The notes under the pieces were generated by a model that had not been told where the DNA came from, did not search any database, and saw nothing but the letters and a program-made list of their open reading frames with translations. A stretch of DNA of 63,525 nucleotides, counting the filler, from Saprolegnia diclina VS20 (taxonomy: Eukaryota), in NCBI RefSeq assembly GCF_000281045.1. It is 4 parts of one record of this genome, joined end to end, with 100 filler letters (N's around TTAATTAATTAA, not from the genome) between each part and the next. Parts side by side here need not be neighbours in the genome. Positions count along the whole stretch, not along the records: positions 1 to 19,080 come from NW_008246071.1; 3 more parts are not named here. One strand, given 5' to 3'. Both the position numbers and the translations under genes were made by a program. This document shows positions 1 to 13,200 of this stretch, piece after piece. Each line of letters opens with the position of its first letter. The first letter of the stretch is position 1.

Positions 1-947
1 GACAGTGTGCCGAGACCGGTTGCGAGTTCGACGCAAACCGTAGACATAGTTTCGTTTCGCTTGAGCCAAACAAGCTGTCAACTGCACCAAAGTCTGCAAT
101 GTCGGCATTGCCAAAGTGGCAAGCTCCTTGATATGCACTGGACATAAGCTCCTCAACGTCACCATTCGGTGTCGCCGCGAGCTGATGTACTACAATAGCT
201 CGGCGAGGCTGTTGCGCTGCACGACTAGTCGAGTTCTGGGTCCCTCCTTCGTCGTCACTGCCGTGGATCTCTCTGCAGCCATATCTTGACGGTCGTTCGC
301 AACGAACAAGGACGATACTAGCGGACACAGAGGCGGCTATGAAGTGCGTTTATTTCGATATAATTTACACTGAGCTGGTTTCGAGAGTGGATTTTCGAGC
401 GTATTGTGCTAGACGGCAGCAGCGGCGAGGCTTAGCCGTGTTGAAGGCGAGGCGTATGGATGGCGCAGCGGGGGCGAGGTGGTCACGAAGCCAGGCGGGC
501 GCTCATCATTTGGAAGAGGCACATCGCTTGGGCCTTAAGCAGCAAGTGGTGAAGAGGCAACTTGGTCAAGAACGCGGCGCTTTCGACCCACCGCGTCCTG
601 CGCACAGTCAAAGCACTTGCCCTTTCAATCTATTTTTAGACCCAAATCTTTCCAGTGACCAATCCAAACGCTGCTTGCGTTGCATTTGCACCAATCCAAG
701 CGCCGCGTCTCTCGTGTTTGGGATTGGTCAAAAAGCCAGCTTCGTAATTTATTTCGGTGCGACGATGCAATATAAAGCATAGATTTTTTGAGTCGATACA
801 TATACATGGGAAGAAAAATGAAAACAAAATAAAATCCATCGCCTTACGAAAAGGCCAAGGTCAGTTGATTGGCCCACAAGCAGTAGGTTGACCGGGTCAT
901 TTGCTCGAGAGGGTCAATCGCCAAGTTGCTCCGGACGTCGCACCATC

Positions 948-2579
948 ATGCCGCCCGCCAAGATCCCGAAGAAGCGCATGGGCATCAACACCAAGGGCGC
1001 CAGCGCCGACAACCCGAACCGCAAGGTGCCCAAGCGCCAGAAGGCCGCCAACATGCGTGACAAGGGCACCATCAACCGCCTCAACATGTACCGCAACTCG
1101 GGCCCGATCCGCAACCGCGAAGGCAAGATCGTCGGCGGTAGCCTCATGATGGCTGGCCGCCAGGGCGGTATCACGATGCAGAACGCGGACGCGCCGTCGC
1201 GCATTGCGCCGGATCGCCGCTGGTTCGGCAACACGCGCGTCGTGGGCCAGAAGGAGCTCGACAAGTTCCGCAACGAAATGAGCGTCAAGGCCGCCGACCC
1301 GTACTCGGTTGTGCTCCGCACGCGCAAGCTGCCCATGGGCCTCATCCAGGACTCGGCCAAGGTCACGCGCATGAAGCTCCTCGAAACCGAGAGCTTTGAA
1401 GAGACGTTTGGCTCCAAGAAGACGCGCAAGCGCGCCAAGCTCGGCGCTGTCTCGGACCTCGAGAGCCTCGTCAACAAGGCCAGCGAGCGCGCCGAGTCGT
1501 ACGAAACGAAGGGTGTCGATCGCAACATTGCCGTCGAGGTCGAGTTCAAGGACAAGAAGTCGCACGATGTCTTCAACAAGGGCCAGAGTAAGCGCATTTG
1601 GGGCGAGCTCTACAAGGTGCTCGACTGTTCCGACGTCGTCATCCAGGTCCTCGACGCGCGCAACGTGCCGGGCACGCGCTCGGACCACATTGACAAGCAC
1701 CTCAAGACGAACGCTGCGCACAAGCACCTCATCTACGTCATCAACAAGTGCGATCTCGTGCCCAACTGGGTCACGAAGAAGTGGGTGCAGATCCTCTCCA
1801 AGACGACGCCGACGCTCGCTTTCCACGCGAGTCTCAACGCGCCGTTCGGCAAGGGCGCGCTCATCAACCTCCTCCGCCAGTTTGCCAAGCTCCACCCGGA
1901 GAAGAAGCAGATCAGTGTCGGTATCATTGGCTACCCCAACGTCGGCAAGAGCTCGGTCATCAACGCGCTCCGCAAGAAGCGCGTCTGCAAGGTCGCGCCG
2001 ATTCCCGGTGAGACCAAGGTGTGGCAGTACATCACGCTCATGCGCCGCATCTTCCTCATCGATTGCCCCGGTGTCGTCTACGACGGCGTCAACGACGACG
2101 AAGTCGAGACCGTCCTCAAGGGTGTTGTCCGCGCCGAGAAGCTGCCGCAGCCGACCGAGTTCACGGCCGCGATCCTCAACCGCGTCAAGAAGGAGCACCT
2201 TATCAAGGTCTACGGCATCACCGAGTGGAAGGACGAGTGGCACTTCCTCGACCAGCTCGCGACCAAGTGCGGGAAGCTCCTCCCCAAGGGCGAGCCCGAT
2301 CACAACAACGTTGCCGTCCAGATGATCAACGACTTTATTCGCGGCAAGCTGCCGTGGTTCATTGCGCCGCCGCTCAAGGCCGAGGAGCAAAAGGTGTTTG
2401 TCGAGGAAGGCAAGGACGTGTCGCTTGACGAGCTCAACGCGTTCCAGATCGAAGCGCTCAAGAACGAAGGCGTCGACGCGACGGCCGACGTGGCCGACGA
2501 GGAGCTCGCCGAAGACGACAACGAAGAAGAGGTCGCCGAGGACGAGGACGACGACGAGAATGAGAATGCGGACGAGTAA
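948..2579 (+). CDS. NOG2: Nucleolar GTP-binding protein 2 (circularly permuted GTPase, 60S biogenesis)
   Basis: Intronless ORF from ATG 948. N-terminal [30 protein letters not shown], permuted G motifs [16 protein letters not shown] and DCPG, acidic tail. Confidence 0.95.
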   Translation: MPPAKIPKKRMGINTKGASADNPNRKVPKRQKAANMRDKGTINRLNMYRNSGPIRNREGKIVGGSLMMAGRQGGITMQNADAPSRIAPDRRWFGNTRVVGQKELDKFRNEMSVKAADPYSVVLRTRKLPMGLIQDSAKVTRMKLLETESFEETFGSKKTRKRAKLGAVSDLESLVNKASERAESYETKGVDRNIAVEVEFKDKKSHDVFNKGQSKRIWGELYKVLDCSDVVIQVLDARNVPGTRSDHIDKHLKTNAAHKHLIYVINKCDLVPNWVTKKWVQILSKTTPTLAFHASLNAPFGKGALINLLRQFAKLHPEKKQISVGIIGYPNVGKSSVINALRKKRVCKVAPIPGETKVWQYITLMRRIFLIDCPGVVYDGVNDDEVETVLKGVVRAEKLPQPTEFTAAILNRVKKEHLIKVYGITEWKDEWHFLDQLATKCGKLLPKGEPDHNNVAVQMINDFIRGKLPWFIAPPLKAEEQKVFVEEGKDVSLDELNAFQIEALKNEGVDATADVADEELAEDDNEEEVAEDEDDDENENADE

Positions 2580-3141
2580 ATGTTGCAAGACGCAGCCATA
2601 TTGTCGTCGTGATTGAAATATATTATAATTCTATACACCCCTTTTCCAGATGCAACCTTGATACATTGAAATTTTGTTGACAAGATTGCGGACGTTGTGT
2701 TCGAATTTGGAAAAGGCTTCAGACATGGCAGACCGTGCGACTCGGAGCAGAAAGTCTGATGAACCTCATGACGTCGGATGCATTAGGACACCCAACGTCG
2801 CCACGAGCCATGTTCAGCCCGCGGAAGGCGCTTGCGCGGCTGCAGGTGCAACCCGCACCGTCGTCTGCGCTCGGAGCACTCGCCGAGTCGGAGAAGGACG
2901 CGGTCATTATCTACTTGCTCCAGAAGGTCCGCGACCAGCAGGCAATGCAAGACGCCACCATCAAGTTTGGCGAGCAGGTCGCGGCCCAACTCGTACTCGA
3001 GCAGGTGTCCACGATAGTACTTTTTGATTTCTCGTTACCATCGTCGCGAATAGCATCGAGCGGCTGAAGCCCACGAAGCGACCGTCCGAGAGCTCCAGGA
3101 CCAGCTACATGCCGCCGTGCACGACCACCCCGAGGTCCGTC
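2509..3141 (+). repeat. Donor copy of 633-bp inverted duplication (partner 27813-28445)
   Basis: Reverse complement matches 27813-28445 with scattered substitutions. Covers the NOG2 3' end, the intergenic DNA and the 5' part of the small gene. Confidence 0.95.
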
Positions 3142-3333
3142 GACTGCAAAGCGCGGTGGCCGACCTCCAAATCGCGCTCGACACGGAGCGTCAAAATGTC
3201 CTCTCGGCGGTACTCGTCATTCGCCTCTTCTTCTGCTGGATCATTTGGGACACGGACGTAGATCCAAAAGTGCCGGCGCAGCCGAGAGCGCGAGAAGCAG
3301 CTCAAAATGACCATCGATCCGCTGTGGGGGTGA
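2759..3333 (+). CDS. Small hypothetical coiled-coil protein, 3 exons
   Basis: GT-AG introns 3005-3053 and 3210-3261 join the frames into MNLMTSDALG...LVLEQ/HRAAEAHE...VLSA/IQKCRR...DPLWG*. Start could be 2759 or 2768. Confidence 0.6.
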
Positions 3334-3616
3334 GCCGTCGCGATTGCTTTTTAACACAGAGCGTTCATAAATATCTAAATATCAAATGCTGTTTATCTTT
3401 GATTGACGAAGGCGCGCGATCCAGACCCCTTCCGACGACCAAACATAGTGCGCTCTATGAGCAAAAGCATTTGCTACGCCCTTGCCAAGTTTGAGCGAAA
3501 TCATTTCGAAACGCAATTTCGGCGATCGAGAGCCCTGGAAGCGCCTGCGCGATATGCAAACCTCCATCCATTGGCTAAAAATAGTATCAAGTGACCAATC
3601 CAATCAATCGCTCGAA
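3300..3616 (+). repeat. Left arm of ~310-bp imperfect inverted repeat (partner 9775-10083)
   Basis: Shared blocks, e.g. tcgcgattgctttttaacacagagcgtt and aatatcaaatgctgtttatctttgattgacgaaggcgcgcgatccagaccccttccgacg, reversed at about 9950-10040. Confidence 0.93.
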
Positions 3617-3997
3617 GCGACATTTGGATCCGAATCATCGCGATGGCAGCGACGGCTCAGCTCGATCTAGACTAAAGTCCACCCTACCGGCATCGCACAC
3701 CTGCTTCAACACGACGCCAACCCGCCGTGACCGCGCTGCGCAAGAGCCTCAGTCTCTACACGGCGCTCCGCCATGCGCTGGCGACCGCGTCGCCGCACGG
3801 ACGCAGATCTTCTCGACCGCGCACGCTTTGGTCTTGGCGTAACGCTATAGACTTGCAAGCCTCTCAGCGCCTGCAGTTGACGCGCCGAATTATGTCTACA
3901 CGCGTCGATAGTGCGCACACACCGCTCGCATTCTGGCAGCCGAGACGATCTGGCCGGTGCAAGCATGACGATTCTGCAATTCTGCACCATATTAACA

Positions 3998-6900
3998 TTA
4001 GTCGAGTGCATGCAGCCGCTTGCTTTTGTCGTGGTACATGGGTGCGGGCGCGACAAGGTCCTGCGACGTTGGAGGCGACGTCGGAAACCGGGCGAGGGCG
4101 AACAGCGTGGCGTAGTAGCGCAGCGCGACAGTCATCAAGTGGTCCGAGTCGACAGCGACGCCGCCATAACTACCAAGACGAGATGACACACCAACGTCAT
4201 TGAGCGACCACATGCACTACCTCGTGCGTGTGCACTGACTCGTGTCGGCCGCGGCTTCTTCAAAAACGAGACGACACACCGCGTCGGTCCACTCTGTGGT
4301 CCGCGAGAGCACGTGCAAAAATGCCTCTTTTTCCATCTCGCGGGCTTTGGTCGCGACGACGTGGCGCTGCAAGAGAGCGTAGAAACGTCGTCGCTCGGCG
4401 CGGAACTCGAGCACAAGGTAGAGCAAAAACACTTGGATGTCCACACCATTCTCCCGGGGCGCTAGAAGGACGACCCTATGAGTCGCCAAGCAGAGACCAT
4501 ATATTTCCATACTGGGTGCAAGAGGCGGGATATCAATATGCAAGCGAGGTGTCGGCGCCTTGCGCACATGCCCCATCGGAAACGCGTCCAGCGGCGGCGT
4601 AACAACCTCGGGCGGAATGACACACCACGTCGGCACTGTAGCTTCCGCTACCAGTGCAGGCGTGACCTCGGGCGCTGGTTGCTGCGGTGTAGAGTTTCGA
4701 GGCGGCGGCGGAGCCGATACGTGCTTCTCCAAGCTCTTGATCGCGCGCTCTCGGTGCCGCGGCAACATGCATGTAAACACCCGCATAAGGATCTCGCGCG
4801 CCGTCGAGAGCGGCAAGTACGACGCCATCATTCCGTTGTTGTCGTCGTCGTTTGTCTCGGCGGCGGTCCAGTCGCCAACGCTGTCGATGATCTAGACAAC
4901 AATGATATTGCTTATTGTCGACTCATGGTGTGCGCACCAACTGCCGGGCGTGCAGAAAGACCGACAAGTCCGACTTGCCAAATGCTTCTGAGACGAACGA
5001 TCCGAACTGCGCGATTTCGATGCTCGTGTGCTGGTAGGCGTTCACTGCGCATAAGATGTCTTCGCAGTGCTACATAGCCACGTGGGACGATGCATTTGTG
5101 TTCGATATCGAGTACCTTGGCGACAAGGTCCTGGACACCGTACTGCACTGCCGCCCAGCGCAAGAGAAACTCGGGCAGCGGCAGCACCACGTGGAGCGTC
5201 GTATGTTCTAAGCACTCGGCAATGTACTTGTCGTGGTAGACGCTGCGAATGTGCTTGAGCAACCAAGGCCGACCGTGGAGACTACGCCCAAGGCTGCCGA
5301 CGTCAAAGTGCAAGTCCCACCCGAGAAGCTGCAGTAGCCGCGTCGGCACAGCGTCGCGGGACTGAGTCGCTGGCTGCCACGGAGTCAGGTCGTGCACATG
5401 CGTCTCCGGCGTCATCGCCGACGGAGGGTGCAGGTGTAGCAGCGTCTCGCGGGCCGGATCACCGAGCAAACACACGGACGCCGCCTCGTGCACCGTAAGC
5501 CGGTCGTCGGCGAGTCCGACTTGGCACGCACTGAGCGTCGACGGGCTCAATCGCGCTCGCACATCGTCGGCGAGATGCACAAAACTGCCATTCACCGAGA
5601 GAAGCGCCTTTGTTGAGACGACGTCGCTCTCGGTCGCCGCAGACCTTGGGGACTGGGAGTCGTCCGCCCACACGATGTCACTGTCTTTCAAGGTCGTTGG
5701 AGCCTTCCCGTGTGAGGCTGCTGCTTGGGCCGAGGCGGGTGCGTGGATGCCTTCGGGTGCACCCGGAGGAGTCGAGCTCGAGACGCGAGAGCTGGTCTCG
5801 GTTTCGACCAACAGCCCTGCGTGGTGGACTGCCAAGTCAAAGGATGCCTTCTCTTCTTCAAGCTCTGCCGGCGGCGTTGGCGCGAGCGAGCGGTACGTGT
5901 AGAAATACGCCTTCTTTGTGAGTTCGCGCACCCGAGCCTCCTTGAGTTCGTTTGGGGACATGGTCCCGTCTCGGCTGCCGTCCCTTCTCGGACTCTGAAT
6001 CAAAGGTCGATTCGTCGCGTCGGTGTAAATGTATGGCTCCGCCGCCAACGTGTCGGTGAGCGCGTCGAGGTTGGCGTGCAGCATGTCGTAGAGACTTGCC
6101 ACGTGGTTAGCCAAGTGCAGTGACGCTGTGCTGGTTGGTTGCCTATAAAATATGAGAGTCAAAGCTACGAGACATCGACCGCGTACGTAGCGTTGACACT
6201 AGATTGATGGACCAAGGACGCCGCAGCTCGCAGCAATTTTGTGCGCGTCGAGCTCACGAGTTGACTGTGCTTTCCATCCGCAACATCCTCGGTGTTTGTA
6301 AGGTGTTGCGACGCCGGATATATGTCCCCAACATTGTCTTTGTCGGGCGGTGCACACGCACGCAGCCGGTTGCGCAAGTCCGCTTCGCGCTCGTTAGCTT
6401 GAAGGAGGAGCTGCTTTTGTCGCTCGACTCGGACCATTACATGTTGTAGCTTGGCTTGGGTCGATTGGATTACGGGGCGCAGAAGCTCGTCGAGGGTGCT
6501 TGAGACGTCGTTGGTCGACGCCGTTTCGGTGGGTTCTACAGCCACCGTTTGGGTCGCACCGTTTATTGTTTCGACGATTGGCCGCGTTTTGCCCTTGACG
6601 AGCACGGGCGGCTTGGCATAAAACTTGGCTTGAGCTCTTTTCACGCGCTGGCGCAAGGTAACGAGCTCTCTAGGCGAGCGACAAAATTAAGGACCTTTGT
6701 GGCATCGACGCTCATACGTGGCGTGGGACGAGGCGAGCGACTGGATCGCGGACGCTGCTTCCTTGCGCAAGTCGTTGAGCGCCGTGCGGAGTGCTTGCAG
6801 CTTGGTCTAGACGCACAAAGTAGTCGTATCTCGCATGCATGATTTGAGACACGTACATGAAGCATTTGCAAGACAAACAGTACAGCAGGGTCTCGCCCGA

Positions 6901-9551
6901 TTGCCGTGCCGATGAGTGCGCGCATCTTGGCTTCCAGCGCCGCTTCGTTGGCGACGATTGCTCGTGCCCGGCCGTCAATGTCAAGCTACTCGCAACTCGA
7001 ATCCGACAGGATACGCGAGGAGGTACGTACACTGGTGGTCGAAAGGAGGCTCTGCATGGCCTGGAGCTCGGCGCGCGTCGTCAGCACGCTGCGCGTGTAC
7101 TCGGTTTGAAGCGCCCGAAACTAGAACTCTGTTGCAACCAATCGATACACACATCATACGTACTCGAGGCACCATGTTGCCAAGGCCAACTTCATACCGC
7201 GCAGCCTTGGCGCGGTCAAGGACTGCTTGGGCTTTGGCCGTGTCGCGCTCTGCAACCAGCCGACCATAGTCGACGAGAAGGTCGCCTTTGTCGGCCTCGA
7301 GCGAGGTCACATTGGCACGCCATCGCCGAATCTCGGCCTCGTACGGGCGAGGTAGCGCCTGCAACTGGTCTTGCAGCACTTTGTGTTGCCGCTGGAGCTC
7401 CGAGCGCGCCGCCGCCGCCGACTGCAACTGTTGCCGGCGGTCTTCCAAGAGAAACTCGAGCTCGCGCACGCGGGTTTCTTTCCGGATGCTCTCGGCGTGG
7501 GCGAGGACGCTCTGGTGCTCGTACTCGGTCACCTTGAGCCGCAGTGCGTGCAGCGTCTCGTCGACGTCGGCGGGAATTTTGATGTTTTTCATACTCTCAG
7601 GCGACGGGTTTGACCCCTAATCCCGTTGCAACTATAATGCATCACCGACAAAAACGTGGCAGTACGGTGGGCATGTCGTCGGACGTGGCGTCGACGACAC
7701 TGAGCCGGAAGAGAAGCACTTGCTGCGTGCGCATGGCGTCCTCATGACGCACCACGAGTTCTTTGTGTGCGGCCGAGAGCGCTGCGAGCTGCTCAGTGAG
7801 CTCCTAAGCCAGGCGATACGACTCGCTGCAGGAAGATATTTCGTACTCCAATATCGGCACAGGCGGCGTCCCGCTCGCTCTGGACCTAGCTCGACCATGG
7901 ACCATTGAGATGAATAGTAGTGTTCTTACGTGGGCGTAAAGGGCGAGCGCAGCGTCTTTGGAATCGATGGCGGCATGGAGCTCTTGGACGCTCGACGTCA
8001 AGTCCTGCGCCTCAATCTGCAGCGCGTTGATACGCATTTCATACGTGTACTGCTGCTCCTGCGCTCTACGCAGCATCGCCTGGCACAAGTAAGTGGATGC
8101 GGTATTGTCGTACTGCAGCTGACTCTCGCGCAGGGCCTTGGTCTGGGCCAGTTCTGCGGCGACAGCGCCTTCGACGACGACGGCCATGTCTTGCAGGCGC
8201 ACCTCGATCGCTCGGTGTGCGGCTTGCGCGCGCTGCCACTCGCGTTGTGCTGCCTCGGTCTCGTCTTGCGCACTCGTGTGCAAAGCACGAAGGTCACAGA
8301 TTTTGCTCTACAGTTGCGTCGTTCCTTTGAGATCACAGGATGCAGGGTCCACCTCGAGCGACGCGATCGTGCCGGCGGCAACCTCGAGCTTGCGTTCGCG
8401 TTCGTCGAGGAGAAACGGCAACCGTGTGAGGAGCTCGCGGTAGTGCCCCGCCACCGTCTGCATAAAATCCGTTGACGACGAGCAGTGCGAAAGTACGTTG
8501 GCGGCCACGACGTCCATGAGTTGCTCCGTGAACGCAGCGTCCGACGACTGAAAGTGCTGCTTGGCGTGCGCAATGACAGTCTGCAGCTGCGTTTCGACGC
8601 GGGCACAGTCGACGCTAGTACAACGGACGTTTACGCCGTCGCGTCATGGATAGAGCATACGGTGTCGTCCGAGGAATGTCATAGGTACGAAGCATGTTGG
8701 TGAGCCAGAACGTGCCGAGGTCCCGGCACACGGACGCGACGGGGCCTGCAGTCGGGTGACACCACGAAGACTGGTACAGAACGTACCGCGCCGACAATAC
8801 TCCTGAATGTCGGGGTCAAGCGCGAGGTGCCCAGCGACTCCTTGGTCCCCGTAAGATTCGATATGGACCCAAGAGAGGGCTACGAACCCGTGTCTTGGGT
8901 GTAAGAGGACGGAAAATGCTGCTGTACAAAGGCTGCCGACAAACTCTCGGCGAGCGCGGCGACGTGCGTGCCCGGCAGCGGCTGCACCGCGTCGTTGAAG
9001 GCATGTGGCGTTGCTGCCCGCGACATGGGGCGCAGCGTCGGCTCCGACGCACTGCACTGCAGTTGGCGCTTGCGCAGCGCAGCACGGGATGCCTTGGTTG
9101 GGCTCGTCGCGCCCAGCGGGTCCTTAGTTGTGGCACGTCGGGACGCTGCGCGCGTTGGTTTGCGCACCCTAACGATTGCACAGTGCAGGTGCTTTGTATT
9201 CTCGTGGGAGGTACGCGTCCTCATCGGTGGCTGTCGACTCTTCGGGTCCGCCGATTGCTGTCGCGGCACCCAGCGCACTCGAGAGCGGACGCAAAAAGAG
9301 ACGCTGCCAACCGCAAGACTTGAGCCCAACGCAAGCAAGGACATATGGCTGGCTACCTCTTGCACCTTGCGGCGCTTCTTGAAGACGTGCTATACGGTGT
9401 GAGGCTTGACGTGAGTAGAAAAACAGCAGTACGTTGGACGGGTTCTGGATGGGCGAGACGACCGGCGGCATCGGCGGCGCCTGCAAACCACATACTGTAA
9501 GGTCGCTGACGTGTGTTCGTTAGCGTACGGGCGGCGCCTCAGACGGTCCAT
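3998..9551 (-). CDS. Large multi-exon hypothetical coiled-coil protein (one gene or two adjacent genes)
   Basis: Chain of minus-strand ORFs (8308-8517, 7804-8283, 6981-7592, 6165-6656, 4912-6162, 4217-4831, 3998-4213) separated by short intron-like gaps, with heptad-rich segments. Candidate ATG at 9551 (MDRLRRRP). Exon boundaries not fully resolved. Confidence 0.55.
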
Positions 9552-9774
9552 CACACAAGCTCTTGCCCACGATCATGCTCGGTCGACCCCGGTTGGATCT
9601 TTAGCGGTCGCGCCCCGATTTTCAAGGTATCAAGTGGGCAAAAACGCCATCCAATGAAAATGTGTGTGTGATGCGTTGTCGATGTGTTGGTGTCGACGCG
9701 CACAACGTAAGTGTTCGTACAAAAAGGGCAAACTGGCCGCCAAAGGCGCGGTCGCTGCCGAGCCTAATGCCAAT

Positions 9775-10083
9775 TTCGAGCGATTTGATTGGTCAATCAA
9801 AATGTTTTTGGCCAATGAATGGAGGTGTGCATATCGCGCCGGCGCTTCCAGGGCTCTCGATCGCCAAAATTGCGTTTCAAAATGACTTCGCTCAAACTTG
9901 GCAAGACCGTAGAGAATGCTTTTGCTCATAGAGCGCACTATGTTGTGGCGTCGGAAGGGGTCTGGATCGCGCGCCTTCGTCAATCAAAGATAAACAGCAT
10001 TTGATATTTATTAACGCTCTGTGTTAAAAAGCAATCGCGATACCGCACTCCCAAACGCAACATCGGCGATGGTCATCTTGAGC
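9775..10083 (-). repeat. Right arm of inverted repeat (partner 3300-3616)
   Basis: Reverse complement of 3300-3616 with substitutions and small indels. The ORF track shows near-identical spurious ORFs (MTKARDPDPFRR...) in both arms. Confidence 0.93.
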
Positions 10084-10292
10084 CAAGGGAATACGACATT
10101 GTTGTTAGTCCCTTGTCTTGAGCCATAATCGCGGGCTGTTTCTCATGCTCACATAGGTGCATAGGTGCCGGCCTTTTGGATGTACATTCATGTCCCGAAA
10201 TTCTTGCGGCCTTTCAGCAGCAAATCGTTCCTTCTCGGCGTCGTACAGCGGAATCATGTTAAATAGTGCTATAATGGCCTTTCCGACTACTA

Positions 10293-13200
10293 CTAGGACG
10301 CGACGTTGGCGTTGGCGGTCGCGACGGGTGGCTTGTAGCAGGCTGGGAGGCACTTGAGTTGGAGCGAGTTGAACGCGTACATGGTCTTGCCCGTGTTGAC
10401 GAGCACGTTTGTGCGCCGGACGCCGCGCTCGCGCATGGCTTGGCAGAGACACAGGCCTTGCTTGACACCGACCACGTCCACCAAGAGGCGCGTGAGCTCG
10501 AGGGTGACCGACATGGCCGTGCGGTCTTTGCCCGACTTGCAGCACGTGGTCCGGCCGGCGCCCACGAGGCGGCAGAGGTAGCTCGAGTCCACGAGCACGT
10601 TGACGTTTTTCAACGATTTCTTTTGCGACTCGACCGCCGTCACGACGAGCGCGAGCTGCGATTGGATCTCGGCGAACGGCAAGAGCGACGGCTCGTGCGA
10701 GACGCCAAGCGTCACGTACTGCTCGACGTACGCGGCCAGCGTCACCATGCTCTCGACGTTGATGTCCTCCTGGACGCTCGTGTCGCCGACCGTGTTGGCC
10801 ACCGATTGGCGCTCGTTGATGCCTTGTGTGAACAGCACAGCGTGGACTTGGATGCGCGGCTGCGCATAAAACGAGAGCGGCAGCTTGGTAAAGAGCGCCG
10901 ACGGCAGCGCGACCTGCAGCACGATTGCGCCGGCGTTGTCGGTCGCCATCGAGATGCAGTGCCCCGATGACGACGTCGCCGGCGTAACCTGAAAATACAC
11001 GGCCTTTTGGTTGACGTACTTGACGCCTTCGGCCATGTCTTCCAGCATACCCTTCTCGTTGCCGGCGGTGCTGAGAAGCGACTCGATGTCGACGAGGAAC
11101 CCGACGCGCGGCAGCATGCGGAGGCGCGCGCCCGACACATCGTGCACATCATCGGCAGCCAGCTGCACATAGCTCAAGAAGGCCGCTGCGATGACCGACA
11201 AGAGCTGGCACAGCACCACGTCGAGCCGGTACTCGATTTGGTCCTCGTGGAGCGACCTGCCGTTCTGGAGCAGGCGCCGCAGACCGCCGTCCTTGAAGCC
11301 AAGCAGGTGGGCCGCGGCGCAGCCGTGCGTGATCGTCGACCACGCAATCTCGTCATGATTCGGCAGCGCCGCGCGGAGCAAGTGACACACGAGGTTCGTT
11401 GGCATAAACTCGACGCTCGGGTCCTTCTTCATCGTACTGCGCTTGAGGCAGCTTGTGATGCCGTGCTCGCCGCCGTCGTCGACCATGGCCACGAGCGCGC
11501 TGTACCGTCGCTCCATGCTTTCGTACGTCGACTGGAGCTTGTTGAGCTCAATGAGGCGGGTGCGCGTCTCAAGGTACGTCGTATAGCTCTTCTCGACGTC
11601 GTCGGCGTCATTGTCCGTAAAGACGGCGGCGTCGCCTGCGTGCGGTGACGTCATGACCGACCGCTGGACGTCGCGGGCTTCGATCGTGCGAATCACATCG
11701 CGCGTCTCGGCGATCCGGGCCGCGTTGCGCGTCTGGAGCATCTGCACATAGGCGTGGACGACCGTGAGCGAGCAGTAGCTCGCCGACATCTCCTCCGAGA
11801 GAAGCACGTCGGTCGCGGCCCGGGGTCCGACGCGCGGCTCGTCGGTCACCGGTGGCTCGTTGGGCGGCGACGTCTCGGCCGTGTCGACGAGGTACTGGTG
11901 CGTCGCAAACGTGTACCCGTGCGCGAGCGCATACGGCGGCGGCGTCGCGACTTGCTCGAGCACAAGAAAATTCCGGCTTCCGAGAATGTTCGTCGTGCTC
12001 CGGCCGTCAAAGCGCAAATCCATGAGCAGCGGCGTCCCGTCGTCCGAGTCGACAACGAGGTCCGTGGCCGCAATCGTAAAGTACCCGAGGAGCTTGTGGT
12101 GCTTGAGCGCTTCGGTCGTGTCGTTCGAGACAATGTACACGTCGAGCTGCAGCACAATATGCGGCTCGAGAAGAAAGAGCGGCAGCGCGAGGAGCCCCTG
12201 AAAGTCCCGCACGAGGCGGTCGCCGCACGGACGCAGATGATTGGTGCGCTCGACTTCGGTGCGTGCGACTTCGGTCATCGCCTGCTTCTTGGTCGTGGCA
12301 TCCGGCTCCCAGTTGAGAACGCTGAGCACGACGAGGAGTGGCACGCTGTGCGGCACCTTCTCGATCGAACCAAATGAAATCGCAAAGTGGAGAGCGTCCG
12401 GCGGCCGCATGTGCACGAGACTGAGACTCTGGCACTGCAGCCCAAACCCGCGGTGGTCGGCCGCCTCGGTCTTGGCCGTCCGCGACAGAAACGACGCATT
12501 GTGGTTGCGCTCGGTCCAGCTGCTCGCAATGAGCGTCGGCGCAAGCTTGGTATTGTTGTCGTTGCTGCCGCTGTCAGACGCGCGGGTGACACGCGTCCGG
12601 TTCAACAGCTCGTTGAGGCTCCGTGCCCGCCGCATGCTCGAGCTGTCGTCTGTCGGGCGGGGCGGCAGCTGCGCGAAAAAGGCCGGCGAGAACGTCGGGA
12701 CTGACGCGCGGTAGTCAGGCGAGGGCTCGCGGCTGCTGGCCGCGCGCCGTGGCGACGGTGGTGCGAACTCGGTCGTGTGGATTGATGGCACAATGGGCGG
12801 CGGGGCATCGGACGCGACGGACGTTAGCGACGGCCGAGCAATGTCGATCGCGTCGCTCATCCTGCGTCCACGGACGCTCTCGTGGTCGGAGAGCGGCGTT
12901 GCGTTCTTAAAGGCAAAGGGCACGGTGGTGCGACACGACTCGACGGCGACGTTGAGCGCATCGATCCACCCGCGCATGTACGCGTCGCCGCCGTCGCTCG
13001 CATTGACAATGAGCTTGCGGTGCTTGGTCTTGATAAAGAAGAAGCACGACGACGACGACGACTCGACCGGTTCAATGATCGTATCGGCGTCCAACGTGAT
13101 CTCGCCGAGCTTGGTGAGCTCTTTGGATGACGAGTAGTAACATAGCATCGGGCGGTCGCGGCGCAAGATGAAGTAGCGCTTTCGCCACGTGCGCCAGAAC

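Noticed and set aside
1..520. Possible minus-strand gene start running off the left edge
   Set aside because: No recognisable motif or consistent exon model; cannot be supported.
897..2588. Long antisense ORFs opposite real genes (also 13563-15488, 46994-48229, 55880-57100)
   Set aside because: Expected shadow ORFs of GC3-rich codon usage; no recognisable motifs.
3300..10083. Autonomous DNA transposon with terminal inverted repeats
   Set aside because: No transposase motif or target-site duplication recognised; kept as an inverted duplication.
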